Part shown: piece by piece, positions 38,182 to 47,740 of the stretch
How the letters are laid out: every line of letters starts with the position of its first letter
Numbering within the stretch: position 1 is the first letter of the stretch
The notes under the pieces: generated by a model
What the model saw: only the letters and a program-made list of their open reading frames with translations
Told to the model about the DNA's origin: nothing
Databases searched by the model: none
Program-made: the position numbers and the translations under genes
Virus record (IMG/VR): IMGVR_UViG_3300012940_001187
Location: 1-59,178 of that record
Direction: 5' to 3' (one strand)
Origin: a virus
Lineage: Duplodnaviria; Caudoviricetes
DNA length: 59,178 bases

Positions 38182-38634
38182 CTAAGCTCCCGTCGCGGAC
38201 GCCGGCCGTCCGGGTCGGCGCACACGCATGTTGTCTACTTCGTCTCGGCTAAATCGTAGATCGTGACCCCGCTTCGTGCCGAGCCCCCGGGCTCGCGCCA
38301 GATTCCGCACCCGCATCGGAGTTATCCCCAACTCCGACGCGACCTCCGCGGTTGTGAAGGTAACTGCGTCCTCTGGCGCTTTTCCGGTGAAGCGATCGAC
38401 GCTCCACGGCATGACCTCTTCGGATGCGGTTGGATCGGCGATCGGTCGGCCGTTGTCGAGTTGAACCATCACCCATCCCTCGAATGCTTCCCGCGCCATG
38501 CGGCCGATGTCGTCCCACGTCTCCGCGAACGTCTGGCAGCCCGGAAGATCGGGAAAGTAAATCGCCCATCCGTCGGTGTCAGACTGCGCGACGAATGGAT
38601 AGTGCCGGCTCAGAATCTCCTCTCTCGTTGCCAT
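38182..38634 (-). CDS. hicB: HicB antitoxin with C-terminal HTH
   Basis: FPDLPGCQTFAET...AREA; TTAEVASELGITPMRV. Confidence 0.9.
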   Translation of the reverse strand: MATREEILSRHYPFVAQSDTDGWAIYFPDLPGCQTFAETWDDIGRMAREAFEGWVMVQLDNGRPIADPTASEEVMPWSVDRFTGKAPEDAVTFTTAEVASELGITPMRVRNLARARGLGTKRGHDLRFSRDEVDNMRVRRPGRPASATGA

Positions 38635-38681
38635 TTCGGATTCGGCTCAGGGTGAGAGGGCGGGACCGCCCCGCCCTCTCG

Positions 38682-38921
38682 TTACTCCGCCTGATCGGTG
38701 ATCTTGATTGCCCTTTGCACGTAGCGCCGCTTCACGTATTTGTTGCCTCCGACCAGTGGTACACTCAAGGCGTCGCTTCCTTTTCGTGTCCAGAACCGGT
38801 GGCTTCCATGAGACCTTTGGAATGTCCACCCGTTCGCTTCCAGCCATTCGGCGAACTCTGTGTACGGCACTTCGGCTTGGGCGCTCCTGATCTTCCAATC
38901 GAGCTTGTCCCCTGTCGCCAT
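38682..38921 (-). CDS. hicA: HicA mRNA interferase toxin
   Basis: LEANGW...GSH...SVP, upstream of hicB. Confidence 0.88.
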   Translation of the reverse strand: MATGDKLDWKIRSAQAEVPYTEFAEWLEANGWTFQRSHGSHRFWTRKGSDALSVPLVGGNKYVKRRYVQRAIKITDQAE

Positions 38922-38962
38922 ACCCCCTTCTTCACTCCCCAGGGCCAATTCCCTGATGCACT

Positions 38963-38992
38963 AACTATATCTATATAGATATAGTTTGTCAA
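38963..38992 (-). promoter_or_regulatory. hicAB promoter with 24-bp perfect palindromic operator
   Basis: TTGACA-17-TATAGT; AACTATATCTATATAGATATAGTT at 38963-38986. Confidence 0.85.
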
Positions 38993-39252
38993 GGGGTTTC
39001 GATCGGATTCTCCGAGTGATCTTCCCAATACCAATCGTCAATCCGGATCATCGCAACGAAGGCATCGGCCGATCGATGACAGCACCGATGCCGGAATTTC
39101 GCTGCGAACGCGGCGACTTGCTCTTCACTCATGCGATGCATTCGCATCAGCCTGAACCAGCCGCGCACTTCATCCGGGTGCGAGTTGGTCTGAAAGAGCA
39201 TCGCCTGGTACTCGCCCTCTTGAGCCAGCAAGCGCCCTACGTCCGGAGGCAT
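38989..39252 (-). CDS. Hypothetical protein
   Basis: Start overlaps stop of HD gene. Confidence 0.45.
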   Translation of the reverse strand: MPPDVGRLLAQEGEYQAMLFQTNSHPDEVRGWFRLMRMHRMSEEQVAAFAAKFRHRCCHRSADAFVAMIRIDDWYWEDHSENPIETP

Positions 39253-39959
39253 CACTCCAACACCTGATCGGGTCTTGCCGGTAGTGCTGCACGAGCGAGA
39301 GCGACCGCGTCGAACGCGATCCAGATCGCCTCGGCATACGGAACATCCTCGTCGGCATAATCGCGCGCTAGCTCTTGGGAGAAGTAGCCGAGAATTTCGC
39401 CGAAACAATGGTGACGGCGCCTGCTTTTGATCTCGCGCGTGTCGGGATGAACTTCCTTCTCGGCTTCGATCTGGTTATTCCGTGCCAGCGATCGGCCGGT
39501 TGCGGAAAGAAGGTTGAGCGCTTCGATGTACCGCACGCGCCGGGTAGTGGTTAGCCCGGCAAAGCGATACGGCGAGAGGTGATCGAGGAGGTCGAGCATC
39601 TTGACCGTGATTGCGAGCTCGTTCTCCGAGTCGGCAATCGCGCGGATGTACTCGTCGTACGGCTCCGGGCCACGGGTCAGCAGCCGCAGCGCCGCAAGCA
39701 TTCGATCCGCTTCCGGGTGGGGATTGAGCAGCGTCTCGACGTCTTCCCAGCGCGCGAAGCCATCTTCGACGGCATCGTGAAGCAAGGCGACCATGAATGC
39801 CGGCGTGCCCTTCGTCTGGCTTGCCACCGTGATGACATGCTGGTACGGCTCGTGATGCCCGGCATATCGGTCTCGCACGAAGTCGGACACCTGCTCCGGG
39901 ATCAGCAACCATGCTGGAAGATTGATCGGCCCCCGCGGCGTTTTGAGTGCATGCATCAC
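39252..39959 (-). CDS. HD-domain protein, RelA/SpoT hydrolase-like
   Basis: EPYQH, ALLHDAVED, LT, VKMLD. Confidence 0.75.
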   Translation of the reverse strand: MMHALKTPRGPINLPAWLLIPEQVSDFVRDRYAGHHEPYQHVITVASQTKGTPAFMVALLHDAVEDGFARWEDVETLLNPHPEADRMLAALRLLTRGPEPYDEYIRAIADSENELAITVKMLDLLDHLSPYRFAGLTTTRRVRYIEALNLLSATGRSLARNNQIEAEKEVHPDTREIKSRRRHHCFGEILGYFSQELARDYADEDVPYAEAIWIAFDAVALARAALPARPDQVLE

Positions 39960-39982
39960 GAACTCCTTTCGAGCATGACCGC

Positions 39983-40240
39983 TCAGCTGGATATGCCTCT
40001 ACCCGTAAGTGCTCGACGGCGTTGCTTCAGCGTCATCCGTTGCAGCGCCGGGTGGTATCGAATCACCGTCTCTTGACGCATCCAGAACTGTTGCGTCCGA
40101 TCACCGTTGATAATTTCGTCGAACACGGCGGCCATCACCCGCGCAGCTCGATGGATCGCATCGTTGAGCCGCTCCAGTTTTTCGGCGAGCTGGCTCGCAT
40201 CAGCGGCGACACGAACCTCCAGATCAGCCGGACGTGTCAT
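39983..40240 (-). CDS. Hypothetical protein
   Basis: ATGA overlap with J-domain gene. Confidence 0.55.
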   Translation of the reverse strand: MTRPADLEVRVAADASQLAEKLERLNDAIHRAARVMAAVFDEIINGDRTQQFWMRQETVIRYHPALQRMTLKQRRRALTGRGISS

Positions 40241-40830
40241 CGTCCCGCCTCGACCTGGCGCAACGCTGCCTGATACGCCTCGTTGATCTCATGGAAGGAT
40301 TCCGGGGAGCCGCCGACATCGGGGTGATTGGTCTTGACCAGTCCCCGGTACGCCGCGGTGATGTCGTCGCGGGTCGCGGCCCGATCGATTCCGAGCACAT
40401 CCCACCACGCGTTACCAGTCGTTCCGCCCGCGGGCAGCGCGGCGAATCCCTGAAGCGAAGCGGTGAATATCTGCTTCCCGCCCCAACGTTCGATGCTGCG
40501 CAACGCTTCGACCGTCAGTTCGATCGCATGCAGGTTGTCTTCGATCCGATCGTAGGTATCGCAGGGAATGATCCGCTGTTCACCCCTGACCGTGAAATAG
40601 ACCGCTACTCCGGTATCGGCGATATAGCCCTGGCGCGAAAGGATCTTGCCGTGATCGTCGGTTCGGGCATTGGAGGTAATGACGACATCCCGCGCGCCCA
40701 TGAGGGCAAGCTGGTGGCGCAGTCCATCAATCGCACCTCGCAAGGTTGTCGAGAATTTGGATTGCTTCGGCCGCTGCTGGCGATCAACGCCATCCGGCCA
40801 GCGTAATGGATAGGGAGGAATCATCGGCAA
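40237..40830 (-). CDS. Phage J-domain (DnaJ-like) protein
   Basis: YPLRWP N-terminus; WWDVLG...HPDVGG...INEAY. Confidence 0.9.
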   Translation of the reverse strand: MPMIPPYPLRWPDGVDRQQRPKQSKFSTTLRGAIDGLRHQLALMGARDVVITSNARTDDHGKILSRQGYIADTGVAVYFTVRGEQRIIPCDTYDRIEDNLHAIELTVEALRSIERWGGKQIFTASLQGFAALPAGGTTGNAWWDVLGIDRAATRDDITAAYRGLVKTNHPDVGGSPESFHEINEAYQAALRQVEAGR

Positions 40831-41067
40831 TTACCCTTCGTTGGCGCTTCGGAGCTTCGAATCAACCTCGTCGGCGAGCTCGTGCGATACCCGCTTGAGT
40901 CGCTGCCACGCAGCATCAGATGGCTGTTTGCCGTCTGCGTAACTGCCGGTCATGTCGGAAAACGTGAGCAGAATGTCGCTGAGGAGAGAGGCGCGAATCG
41001 GAAACTCGCGCTCATTGCGCCGCGGCGTGAACGGAACCAGATTGCTCACCGGCGCCTTAGGTTCCAT
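40831..41067 (-). CDS. Hypothetical protein
   Basis: GAGGA SD before ATG 41067. Confidence 0.5.
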   Translation of the reverse strand: MEPKAPVSNLVPFTPRRNEREFPIRASLLSDILLTFSDMTGSYADGKQPSDAAWQRLKRVSHELADEVDSKLRSANEG

Positions 41068-41263
41068 CGCTGTCCTCACGCTCGAGCTCGCTCGGATCGA
41101 TCCAGCGCCGCTCCCCGGCCAGATCGCCTGACCGCAACTCGACCAGGATCTTCCCCGCGTGGTCGCGATCGCCGATGATCGCGACCTCCTGCCCGCCGTA
41201 AAGCTGGCGCTCGTGCTTGCGCCAACTGCCGTGTTTCTTTACAAGCCGTCGAACCGGCAACAT
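41057..41263 (-). CDS. Small hypothetical protein
   Basis: AGGAG SD before ATG 41263. Confidence 0.5.
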   Translation of the reverse strand: MLPVRRLVKKHGSWRKHERQLYGGQEVAIIGDRDHAGKILVELRSGDLAGERRWIDPSELEREDSDGT

Positions 41264-41291
41264 ACGCACTTCTCCTAGAACGAAATGTCTG

Positions 41292-42032
41292 CTACTGCTG
41301 GGTATCCATCTCCGGCACCCATGAAAGATCGGCATCGGCCATATCAATCAGCACCCAGCCGCGATCGGTCTTCATCCAGTCGATCGACCAGTCACCGTCG
41401 AGCTCGGTGCACACGGCTTCGCTCATCTCGCGCATCTGGCGTAGATCCTTGGCGTTGTTTGCGGCGAGCTTCATCGCGGCCATCGCCAGCGTGAAGCGGC
41501 CTCCGCTCATAGGATCACCGTTGACCCGCCTCGCCGTTTCCTCCAACGCCGCAGCCGGCCAATATGGGAAGCTGCGTTCGAACCGGCCGCCTCGCACGAT
41601 CAGGCGCACTTCCGGCACGATCGGTAGACCGCCGAATGCATAAAACGCGGGTGTGATCGGCAACATCTCGCGCACCGCCCAACAGTCAAGACCAATCGGT
41701 GTGATCAGGTTCTGCACCTGATAGTCAACAATGTCGCTTACCGAGCGGAGGAGCGCTTTCTCGCCCCGCACAACGCAAGGCGGACCTGGCTCGTGCTTCG
41801 CCGAGGTAAGGTCACTGCGGAGAAATACCGGGTAGCCGATTGTCTCCGCCGCTTCGGCAAGCCGCTCTTCGAACTCATCTAGCCCGGTCGGCTCGTCGCC
41901 ATCGAGCAGCCGGAGCAGTCGGCATCCTTTGGGTGGAGCGACGAGGATCGTTTTCGGGTATCGCTCGGTGGGGAGCACCTTCTGAACTGCCGGGAACCAA
42001 TGACTCAGCGCCGTACGCTCATCTCCGGTCAT
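41292..42032 (-). CDS. ATP-grasp-like protein (R2K/Cdc123-like)
   Basis: YPVFLRS...SAKH, VREML, EVRLIV, WSIDW...LID. Confidence 0.55.
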   Translation of the reverse strand: MTGDERTALSHWFPAVQKVLPTERYPKTILVAPPKGCRLLRLLDGDEPTGLDEFEERLAEAAETIGYPVFLRSDLTSAKHEPGPPCVVRGEKALLRSVSDIVDYQVQNLITPIGLDCWAVREMLPITPAFYAFGGLPIVPEVRLIVRGGRFERSFPYWPAAALEETARRVNGDPMSGGRFTLAMAAMKLAANNAKDLRQMREMSEAVCTELDGDWSIDWMKTDRGWVLIDMADADLSWVPEMDTQQ

Positions 42033-42901
42033 GCGGGAACTCCTTCCAAAATCGGGTATTCATCTGCCGTCAGCGCCTCCAACTCGGCAAGCCCCAATCG
42101 CGCCGCCTTCTCGGCATCCTCCCGGGCGAAATCGAACTGCCTCAGCCCGCCTTCGAGGTCCTTTAGCAGGTTCCGGATACGGCTTCGCAGCGATCGAGCG
42201 AGATCACGGGTGGCGGCCGCATCGGCCAGTGCCATCACGATCACGTCGTCATCGATATGGGAAAGCCAGGTTTCGTTTGCTCGCAGCTGGCTATGGGCTT
42301 TTCGAATCAGCTCCGAAATCCGCTTCGTCTCGGGGTGCACGTGGATCGCCGCGTTCGCTCGATCGTCGAGCTGCCGCCGCAATTCGTCACGTTCACGGGT
42401 GGCACGTTCGATCTGGTATTCGGCGTTGGCGGTCCGCGATCCGTAGTGATGCATTTGCCACGACAGGAGCCGGCGCAGTCCCGGAGCCTGGTCGATCGGA
42501 TGCAGCCGAGGTCCCGGCCGTAACACAGTCATCGATCGCCGGAGCCGGCCGGATGGCGGCGCCATGATGCCCCAGGTTTCCGGGATGTCGAGCCCTTCGA
42601 TCAATGCCGGATCGCTGACGACCAGCCACCATTGATCGCAGTACTGCATCCATGGATCGCACTTTGCCGGATCGGCCAGCTCGACAAGCAGATCCGACCG
42701 GCTGACCTTCAGCTCGTGGCCGACGAGCCCATACGCCGTGCTTCGAATCGTCGAAACCCAGAGCGCATCGGCGCGCCGCTTCCCGTCCGGTGACTCCACT
42801 TCGGCGGCGAAGAAACCGCTCGGCGGTCGGTTCTCCGGGAGATAGTGGCGACGCAACATCGAGGTCAGTTCGTGCGCGTCGACCGCTTTCTTTTCAGCCA
42901 T
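42029..42901 (-). CDS. PD-(D/E)XK nuclease-like protein (MmcB-like) with coiled coil
   Basis: EV...RRADAL...GHELKVSRSD...WG. Confidence 0.7.
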   Translation of the reverse strand: MAEKKAVDAHELTSMLRRHYLPENRPPSGFFAAEVESPDGKRRADALWVSTIRSTAYGLVGHELKVSRSDLLVELADPAKCDPWMQYCDQWWLVVSDPALIEGLDIPETWGIMAPPSGRLRRSMTVLRPGPRLHPIDQAPGLRRLLSWQMHHYGSRTANAEYQIERATRERDELRRQLDDRANAAIHVHPETKRISELIRKAHSQLRANETWLSHIDDDVIVMALADAAATRDLARSLRSRIRNLLKDLEGGLRQFDFAREDAEKAARLGLAELEALTADEYPILEGVPA

Positions 42902-43139
42902 TGACCGCCTCCGTCTCGATCGTTCGAGGAGCAGATGGAATGGCCCGGCATTTCACCCGGCCGGTCTTTTTGTAGAGCTTGAAGAGCCAACCGGGCAGCT
43001 TGCTCGAGTGCCAGCGACCGCAAAACTCGCAGGGGTAGACCGTCTCGCCGTCACGGGTATTGATGATGGCCGTCCATGCATTGGGATATGACGCCTGGCC
43101 GTCGTGCGACGACCGGCGCCGTGCTCGCTTCCGGCTCAT
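42894..43139 (-). CDS. Small zinc-finger protein
   Basis: YPCEFCGRWH. Confidence 0.6.
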   Translation of the reverse strand: MSRKRARRRSSHDGQASYPNAWTAIINTRDGETVYPCEFCGRWHSSKLPGWLFKLYKKTGRVKCRAIPSAPRTIETEAVNG

Positions 43140-44086
43140 ACCGCTGCCTTTTCTCCAAGCAATCCGGCAAAAAGCGGGAGCGGAGCCAGTCGTTGACGGC
43201 GACGCTCGAGCGCCTTCTCACTGTTGCGAATAGCTTGCTGGTAGTAACTCTCTTTGAGCTCGAAGCCGACGGCGTTTCGCCCTTGCTCAATGGCAACGAA
43301 CGCCGTACTCCCGATACCCATAAAAGGGTCAAGGACCGTGCCTCCGGGATTCGAATAGAGCTGGATCAATCGCCGGATGACCGTCAACTGAAGCGGGCAA
43401 ACGTGCTTTTCGTCGTCCTCTTCCCGCGCCGATTTGAATCCGTCAAGGATGTCGATCTCGTGGATGTCGTCCCACACACCGGACCAGGTGCCGTGTGCAT
43501 CCCTGATCCAGTCTTCCGCCGTGATCCAACCGTCTGGGTTGCGATCGCGGTCGTAGAGCGCGGGTACCGGCGTGCCACCTTCGCCGGGCTTTCGAAACAA
43601 CATCACGTAGTCGTTAATGGCCGGGGCCAATACCCGCGCGTCAGTGCGGGCCATCCTGAACTGCAGGGAATGAAGCTTCTGAGTCTGCGCGATGCGCTGT
43701 GGGTCTTTTGGAATCACGAACTCGCCGGTCCAGTCGAAGCCTCCGGCGCAGAAGAGATCGACGGTTGCTCCCCGGAAGTCGCGGCGGCCCATAAATCCGT
43801 GTTGCACCTTGGTGGCGCGAAGCTGCTGAATGTGGATGGCGGCGACGGCTCCCGGCTCGAGTACACGCAGCAGCTGCTCGATCATGAACCGGGTGTGAAT
43901 GGCGAACTCCGTCTCCCGCAGATCAACCCCAGCTGCGCAGTTACCGATGTCCTCGTTTTTGGCGCTGTACTGAAACAGATCGGCAAATGGGATCGAGGTC
44001 ACGCAGAGGTTGATCGAATCCGCCGGCAACTCCGCCATGCCCGGCACGCAATCGCCAAAACGGATGTCATAGGTCGGTTCAGTCAT
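43136..44086 (-). CDS. Beta-class N4-C/N6-A DNA methyltransferase
   Basis: GDC, TSIPF (motif IV), HVCPLQ, VLDPFMGIGST (motif I), ELKESY. Confidence 0.92.
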   Translation of the reverse strand: MTEPTYDIRFGDCVPGMAELPADSINLCVTSIPFADLFQYSAKNEDIGNCAAGVDLRETEFAIHTRFMIEQLLRVLEPGAVAAIHIQQLRATKVQHGFMGRRDFRGATVDLFCAGGFDWTGEFVIPKDPQRIAQTQKLHSLQFRMARTDARVLAPAINDYVMLFRKPGEGGTPVPALYDRDRNPDGWITAEDWIRDAHGTWSGVWDDIHEIDILDGFKSAREEDDEKHVCPLQLTVIRRLIQLYSNPGGTVLDPFMGIGSTAFVAIEQGRNAVGFELKESYYQQAIRNSEKALERRRQRLAPLPLFAGLLGEKAAV

Positions 44087-44366
44087 GGTCTTCGTCCTCG
44101 TCTCTGAGTTGCCAAACCTCACTGTTTCGCGGATTGCCTCGGACCAGCTCCACGTTGGCGCCGATCGTCCAGACTTCCCCGCACTCCATGCACTTGATGG
44201 CGTAGATGCCGATGCCGTCGAGGTGGAGATGCGCACCGCACTCGCAGTACACGTCCATGCAGATGTCGGTGCCCTTGAGTTGCATCCACCCGTACGCAGG
44301 GCCATCGTGGATTGCCTTCTGTAGTGGGCTTAGGTCCCCATCGTGGATGTAGGGTCGTTCAGTCAT
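44079..44366 (-). CDS. Zinc-ribbon hypothetical protein
   Basis: CECG...CMECG; overlaps both neighbours. Confidence 0.7.
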   Translation of the reverse strand: MTERPYIHDGDLSPLQKAIHDGPAYGWMQLKGTDICMDVYCECGAHLHLDGIGIYAIKCMECGEVWTIGANVELVRGNPRNSEVWQLRDEDEDHD

Positions 44367-45563
44367 GCCGCTTCACCCTCCCCCGCGAAATCGATCGAGC
44401 AGAGTACGGAACGCCATTGCCGCCACCACCGGCACCACTCCGTTCCCAAGGGTTCGAAGGCGGTCCACCCGAAAGGCAGTCCCATCAGCGTCTCGACGAA
44501 GGACGGGGCTAAAACGTGGGTCGATAGTGATGAGCTCTTCCCATTGATCGCGCTCTCCTGGACGCGGGGGCCAGAGTGGTCGAGCGCTTGCGCCGACAGA
44601 TGCGGCCCATGGGTCGAGTTGAGATGGCTCGGTGCCCGATTGGTCGTGCGGTTCTCCGCCGGCGACGCCCGCGGCGTCGCCCATGATCCCGACCGTACCG
44701 CCTGGTCGGTCAGCGTCGGTCCCGACCGGTCCCGTTGATTCCCGGTCATGCGCGAATCCATGGCGAGTGGGGTCGCCCAGTTCTGTGAAGTCCCTTTGAG
44801 CGTCGGATTCCCGCGCGCATAGGTCGCGCTCGCCCGATCTCCATCCGCTGCCGTCGGTGTTGGCCACCGTTCGGCAAGTGCCGCCAAAGCCGGTCGATAT
44901 TCGGCATTCGGCGACGGACTCCGATTGATCCGCGTCGTCACCCCCCGCATCGGGCGTAGGCCAGTTCGCCGCTGAACTCGGAAGCGTCCGGTCTCCCGGC
45001 CGACGTGGATTCGATTGCTTCGGGCCATCCATTGCGGTTGGAGCGGGCCAGGAGGAAGAGCCGTTCGCGACGGTGCGGCGCACCCGCTTCTTCTGCTGAA
45101 AACAGATCCCATTCCGTGTCGAACCCCATTTCGGAAAGATCGGCGAGGACAGCGGCAAGTCCATGCCGGGCAAGGTCGGGTACGTTCTCCACGAACACGT
45201 AGCTCGGTCCCACTTCGCGAATGATTTCCGCGATGTCGGGCCAAATCCATCGCTCGTCGGCAAGACCGCGTCGTTTGCCGGCGAGACTGAACGGCTGACA
45301 CGGGAAGCCCGCAGAGACGATATCCACGAGTCCACGCCACGCTGTGCCATCGAAGGATTCGATACTGTCCCAGATAGGAGCTCGATCCAGGGTCGCGTCT
45401 TCCATCCGCGCCACGAGGACGGCCGCAGCGAATGCTTCGCGCTCGACGTAGAGGCGACACTGATACGCGTCTCCGAGGGCCAGCTTGAGACCGAGCTCGA
45501 GCCCGCCGATGCCAGCGCAGAGGGCGAGTCCACTGAGAGTCCCGGGACGTATAACCAGGTCAT
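44363..45563 (-). pseudogene. Alternative-frame methyltransferase beta chain (WPTP repeats, motif IX), interrupted at the same site
   Basis: Start MTWLY at 45563; WxTP repeats continue across the G run into the frame carrying FVETLMGLPFGWT. Confidence 0.7.
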
Positions 45564-45567
45564 TCAC
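44373..45567 (-). pseudogene. C5-cytosine DNA methyltransferase alpha chain, interrupted by +1 G at 44941-44946
   Basis: CAGIGG, GFPCQ, ENV, HRRER in 44938-45567; motif X (LGNGVVP) in another frame ending 44373. Confidence 0.8.
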
Positions 45568-47192
45568 GCCGCCCTCCGGAGCTCGCCGCTCTCAATGAAT
45601 GACAGGCGGTATTCCTCTTCCTGGGCAGCAACGTCGCCTAGGAACCGAGCTTCCTTCTGGCGGATGTTGTCGAACATCGCGCCTTCGAGTTCGGGGATGT
45701 ACGGCCAATAGACGTGCACCGGCTCGGTCTGGCCATAGCGATAGGCGCGTCGGATCGCCTGATAGCTCCGCTCGAAGGAATCGTCGAAGCCGCTGAAGAT
45801 CATGGCGCGGACGAATTGCAGGTTGAGGCCGTAGCCGATGAGTTGCGGCTTGCTGATCAGCACGCGCGTTTCGCCGGCTTTGAATCGCCGGAGGAGATCG
45901 AGCCGCTTCGCCTCCGGCTGCTTGCCGTCGAGCGCGGCGATCTGGTCGCCTTCCCACCGTATGCCGTATTGCCGCATCGCCTCAAGCAGGATCGGCGCCT
46001 CCTCGTCAAACGTCGTCCAGATCAATACCTGCCGCTCCTGGGTCAGCTCATCGGCAACGATCTCTGCGATTCGGCGCGGCTTGCGGCTGTCATAGCGCTC
46101 GACGATCTTGCCCTTTTCGCGATAGAGAAAGCCGCGGGCGAGCTGGGCGAGCTTCGTACGGGGAACAATGCCGAGCTTGCCACCGAACATGTCGGCGCCG
46201 TACTCGACCTGAATCGCCTGCATGCGCCGGCGCTGGTCGTCGGTCGGCTCGATCCGCTCTTCGTGGATGACCGGATCAGGCAACCCGGCCAGAATGTTCC
46301 GAAAGCCGAATCTCGCCGGGTCATGCATGTAGAGCGACCACGAGGCGAGGAAGCGGTAAAATGCCCGTCGCGCGTGTGGCTTGATCACCCAATCGCCGCT
46401 CTTCGTCTTGCTGTAGTACGTCCAGAGCACGTCGCCCTCGGAGCGCATCGTTTCGAGAAATGCGGCCTGCGAGGCGTATTCCATCGCGTCGTTCGGGGCC
46501 GGGGTCGCGGTGTTCGACAGCTTGTATTCGATGCCCTCGGCCGAGTGGATGACGTTCCATTTGATGCGTCCGCCGCCGGTCTTCAGGATCGAACTCTCAT
46601 CGAGGACCAGCCCGGCGAGGTGGCGGAGATCCTTGATTTCGCCGCGGATGAACTTCTCGTAGTTCGTGATGGCGATCGGCTCATCCCCGCGACCGTTGCA
46701 CCACGCGATCAGCTCGTCACGGCTCTCGATGTGTCGCATGTTCGCGAGGTAGGAATCTGCCCCGTAGAAGTCGCCGGCCATCTCGATCGTCTGCGGGATC
46801 ACCGCCGGCGGGGTCACGATCAGCACCCGGCCGGCCGTCATTGCATGCACCTGATTGCCGTACTCGAGCAGCACCGGCGTCTTGCCCAATCCGGTGTTGA
46901 GCCAGGCGGCAAAGCGCTTGGCCTTCAGCGCCAGCCCGACCGCGAACTGCTGGTAGTCGTAGAGGTGCGGGGCCAGATTGCCGATGATCCGGCTCGGTGC
47001 CGGAATATCGAGGCCCAATCGCTCGGCAAACCGTGCCGCAGTGGTGACGGTGTAGACGTCTTGCCATGGGTCGTACTCGACGCTGGATTCGGGGAGCGCC
47101 TTCACTTTCAGGAAGAGTGGATAGTCTTCGAGCGGGAACGACCGGAATTGAATGCGCGCGATGTCGCCGGCAACCGCGATGTCGACCGTCAT
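45564..47192 (-). CDS. SF2/SNF2-like helicase
   Basis: TGLGKT, LDESS, TATPAPND, GLNLQ, QAIRRAYRYGQ. Confidence 0.92.
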   Translation of the reverse strand: MTVDIAVAGDIARIQFRSFPLEDYPLFLKVKALPESSVEYDPWQDVYTVTTAARFAERLGLDIPAPSRIIGNLAPHLYDYQQFAVGLALKAKRFAAWLNTGLGKTPVLLEYGNQVHAMTAGRVLIVTPPAVIPQTIEMAGDFYGADSYLANMRHIESRDELIAWCNGRGDEPIAITNYEKFIRGEIKDLRHLAGLVLDESSILKTGGGRIKWNVIHSAEGIEYKLSNTATPAPNDAMEYASQAAFLETMRSEGDVLWTYYSKTKSGDWVIKPHARRAFYRFLASWSLYMHDPARFGFRNILAGLPDPVIHEERIEPTDDQRRRMQAIQVEYGADMFGGKLGIVPRTKLAQLARGFLYREKGKIVERYDSRKPRRIAEIVADELTQERQVLIWTTFDEEAPILLEAMRQYGIRWEGDQIAALDGKQPEAKRLDLLRRFKAGETRVLISKPQLIGYGLNLQFVRAMIFSGFDDSFERSYQAIRRAYRYGQTEPVHVYWPYIPELEGAMFDNIRQKEARFLGDVAAQEEEYRLSFIESGELRRAA

Positions 47193-47740
47193 GACGCGCT
47201 CCGGTTGGTCGACTTGGTCGACTGATTTGCGTCGTGAAGTTGCCTAGCGAACCGGTCGACAACCTCCTCATAGAGGCGTTCCATTGCGCGCGTGCGAGCC
47301 ATCAGTTTGGTCACATCCGTGATGGATCGGGAGAGCAACCACTCCTCCGCTTGTGACCAGGTCGGAACGAAATGCACCTGAGGCAGACAGTAGAAGACGT
47401 TCTCCCGGTAACCGACGCAGAGCACCGGCTTCATAGCGGCGAGCGCATACCCCATCTCGACATGCCGGCCCCCGCGAGCTGGGCCGGACCTTGGCGGCTC
47501 GGTGAAACAAACGATGACGTGGGCTCTCATGAGATCGTGCAAGTCTTCTTGCGCGAATCGAGCGCATTCGTCGAGCGGAACTTCTTCGTCCGCGGTGCCG
47601 GACCATTCGTGGCCGCCCAGCAGCCACCGGCTGGTGACCGTGATCTCGGCACCGTAGTCGGGCGCCATCTCCTCGAGCGCCTCCTTGTACCCAAGCAGCT
47701 CTTCACGCCGGGAGAACCGGCCGGCAAAATAGACGTTCAC
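47189..47740 (-). CDS. Nucleoside 2-deoxyribosyltransferase-like protein
   Basis: GTG start; VYFAG, EDLHDL, GGRHVEMGYA...KPV. Confidence 0.75.
   Translation of the reverse strand: MNVYFAGRFSRREELLGYKEALEEMAPDYGAEITVTSRWLLGGHEWSGTADEEVPLDECARFAQEDLHDLMRAHVIVCFTEPPRSGPARGGRHVEMGYALAAMKPVLCVGYRENVFYCLPQVHFVPTWSQAEEWLLSRSITDVTKLMARTRAMERLYEEVVDRFARQLHDANQSTKSTNRSAS

Noticed and set aside
44363-45460. 365-aa third-frame ORF as an independent gene
   Set aside because: Its N-terminal half is motif-free; only the part after the G run looks coding and is explained as the beta-chain C-terminus
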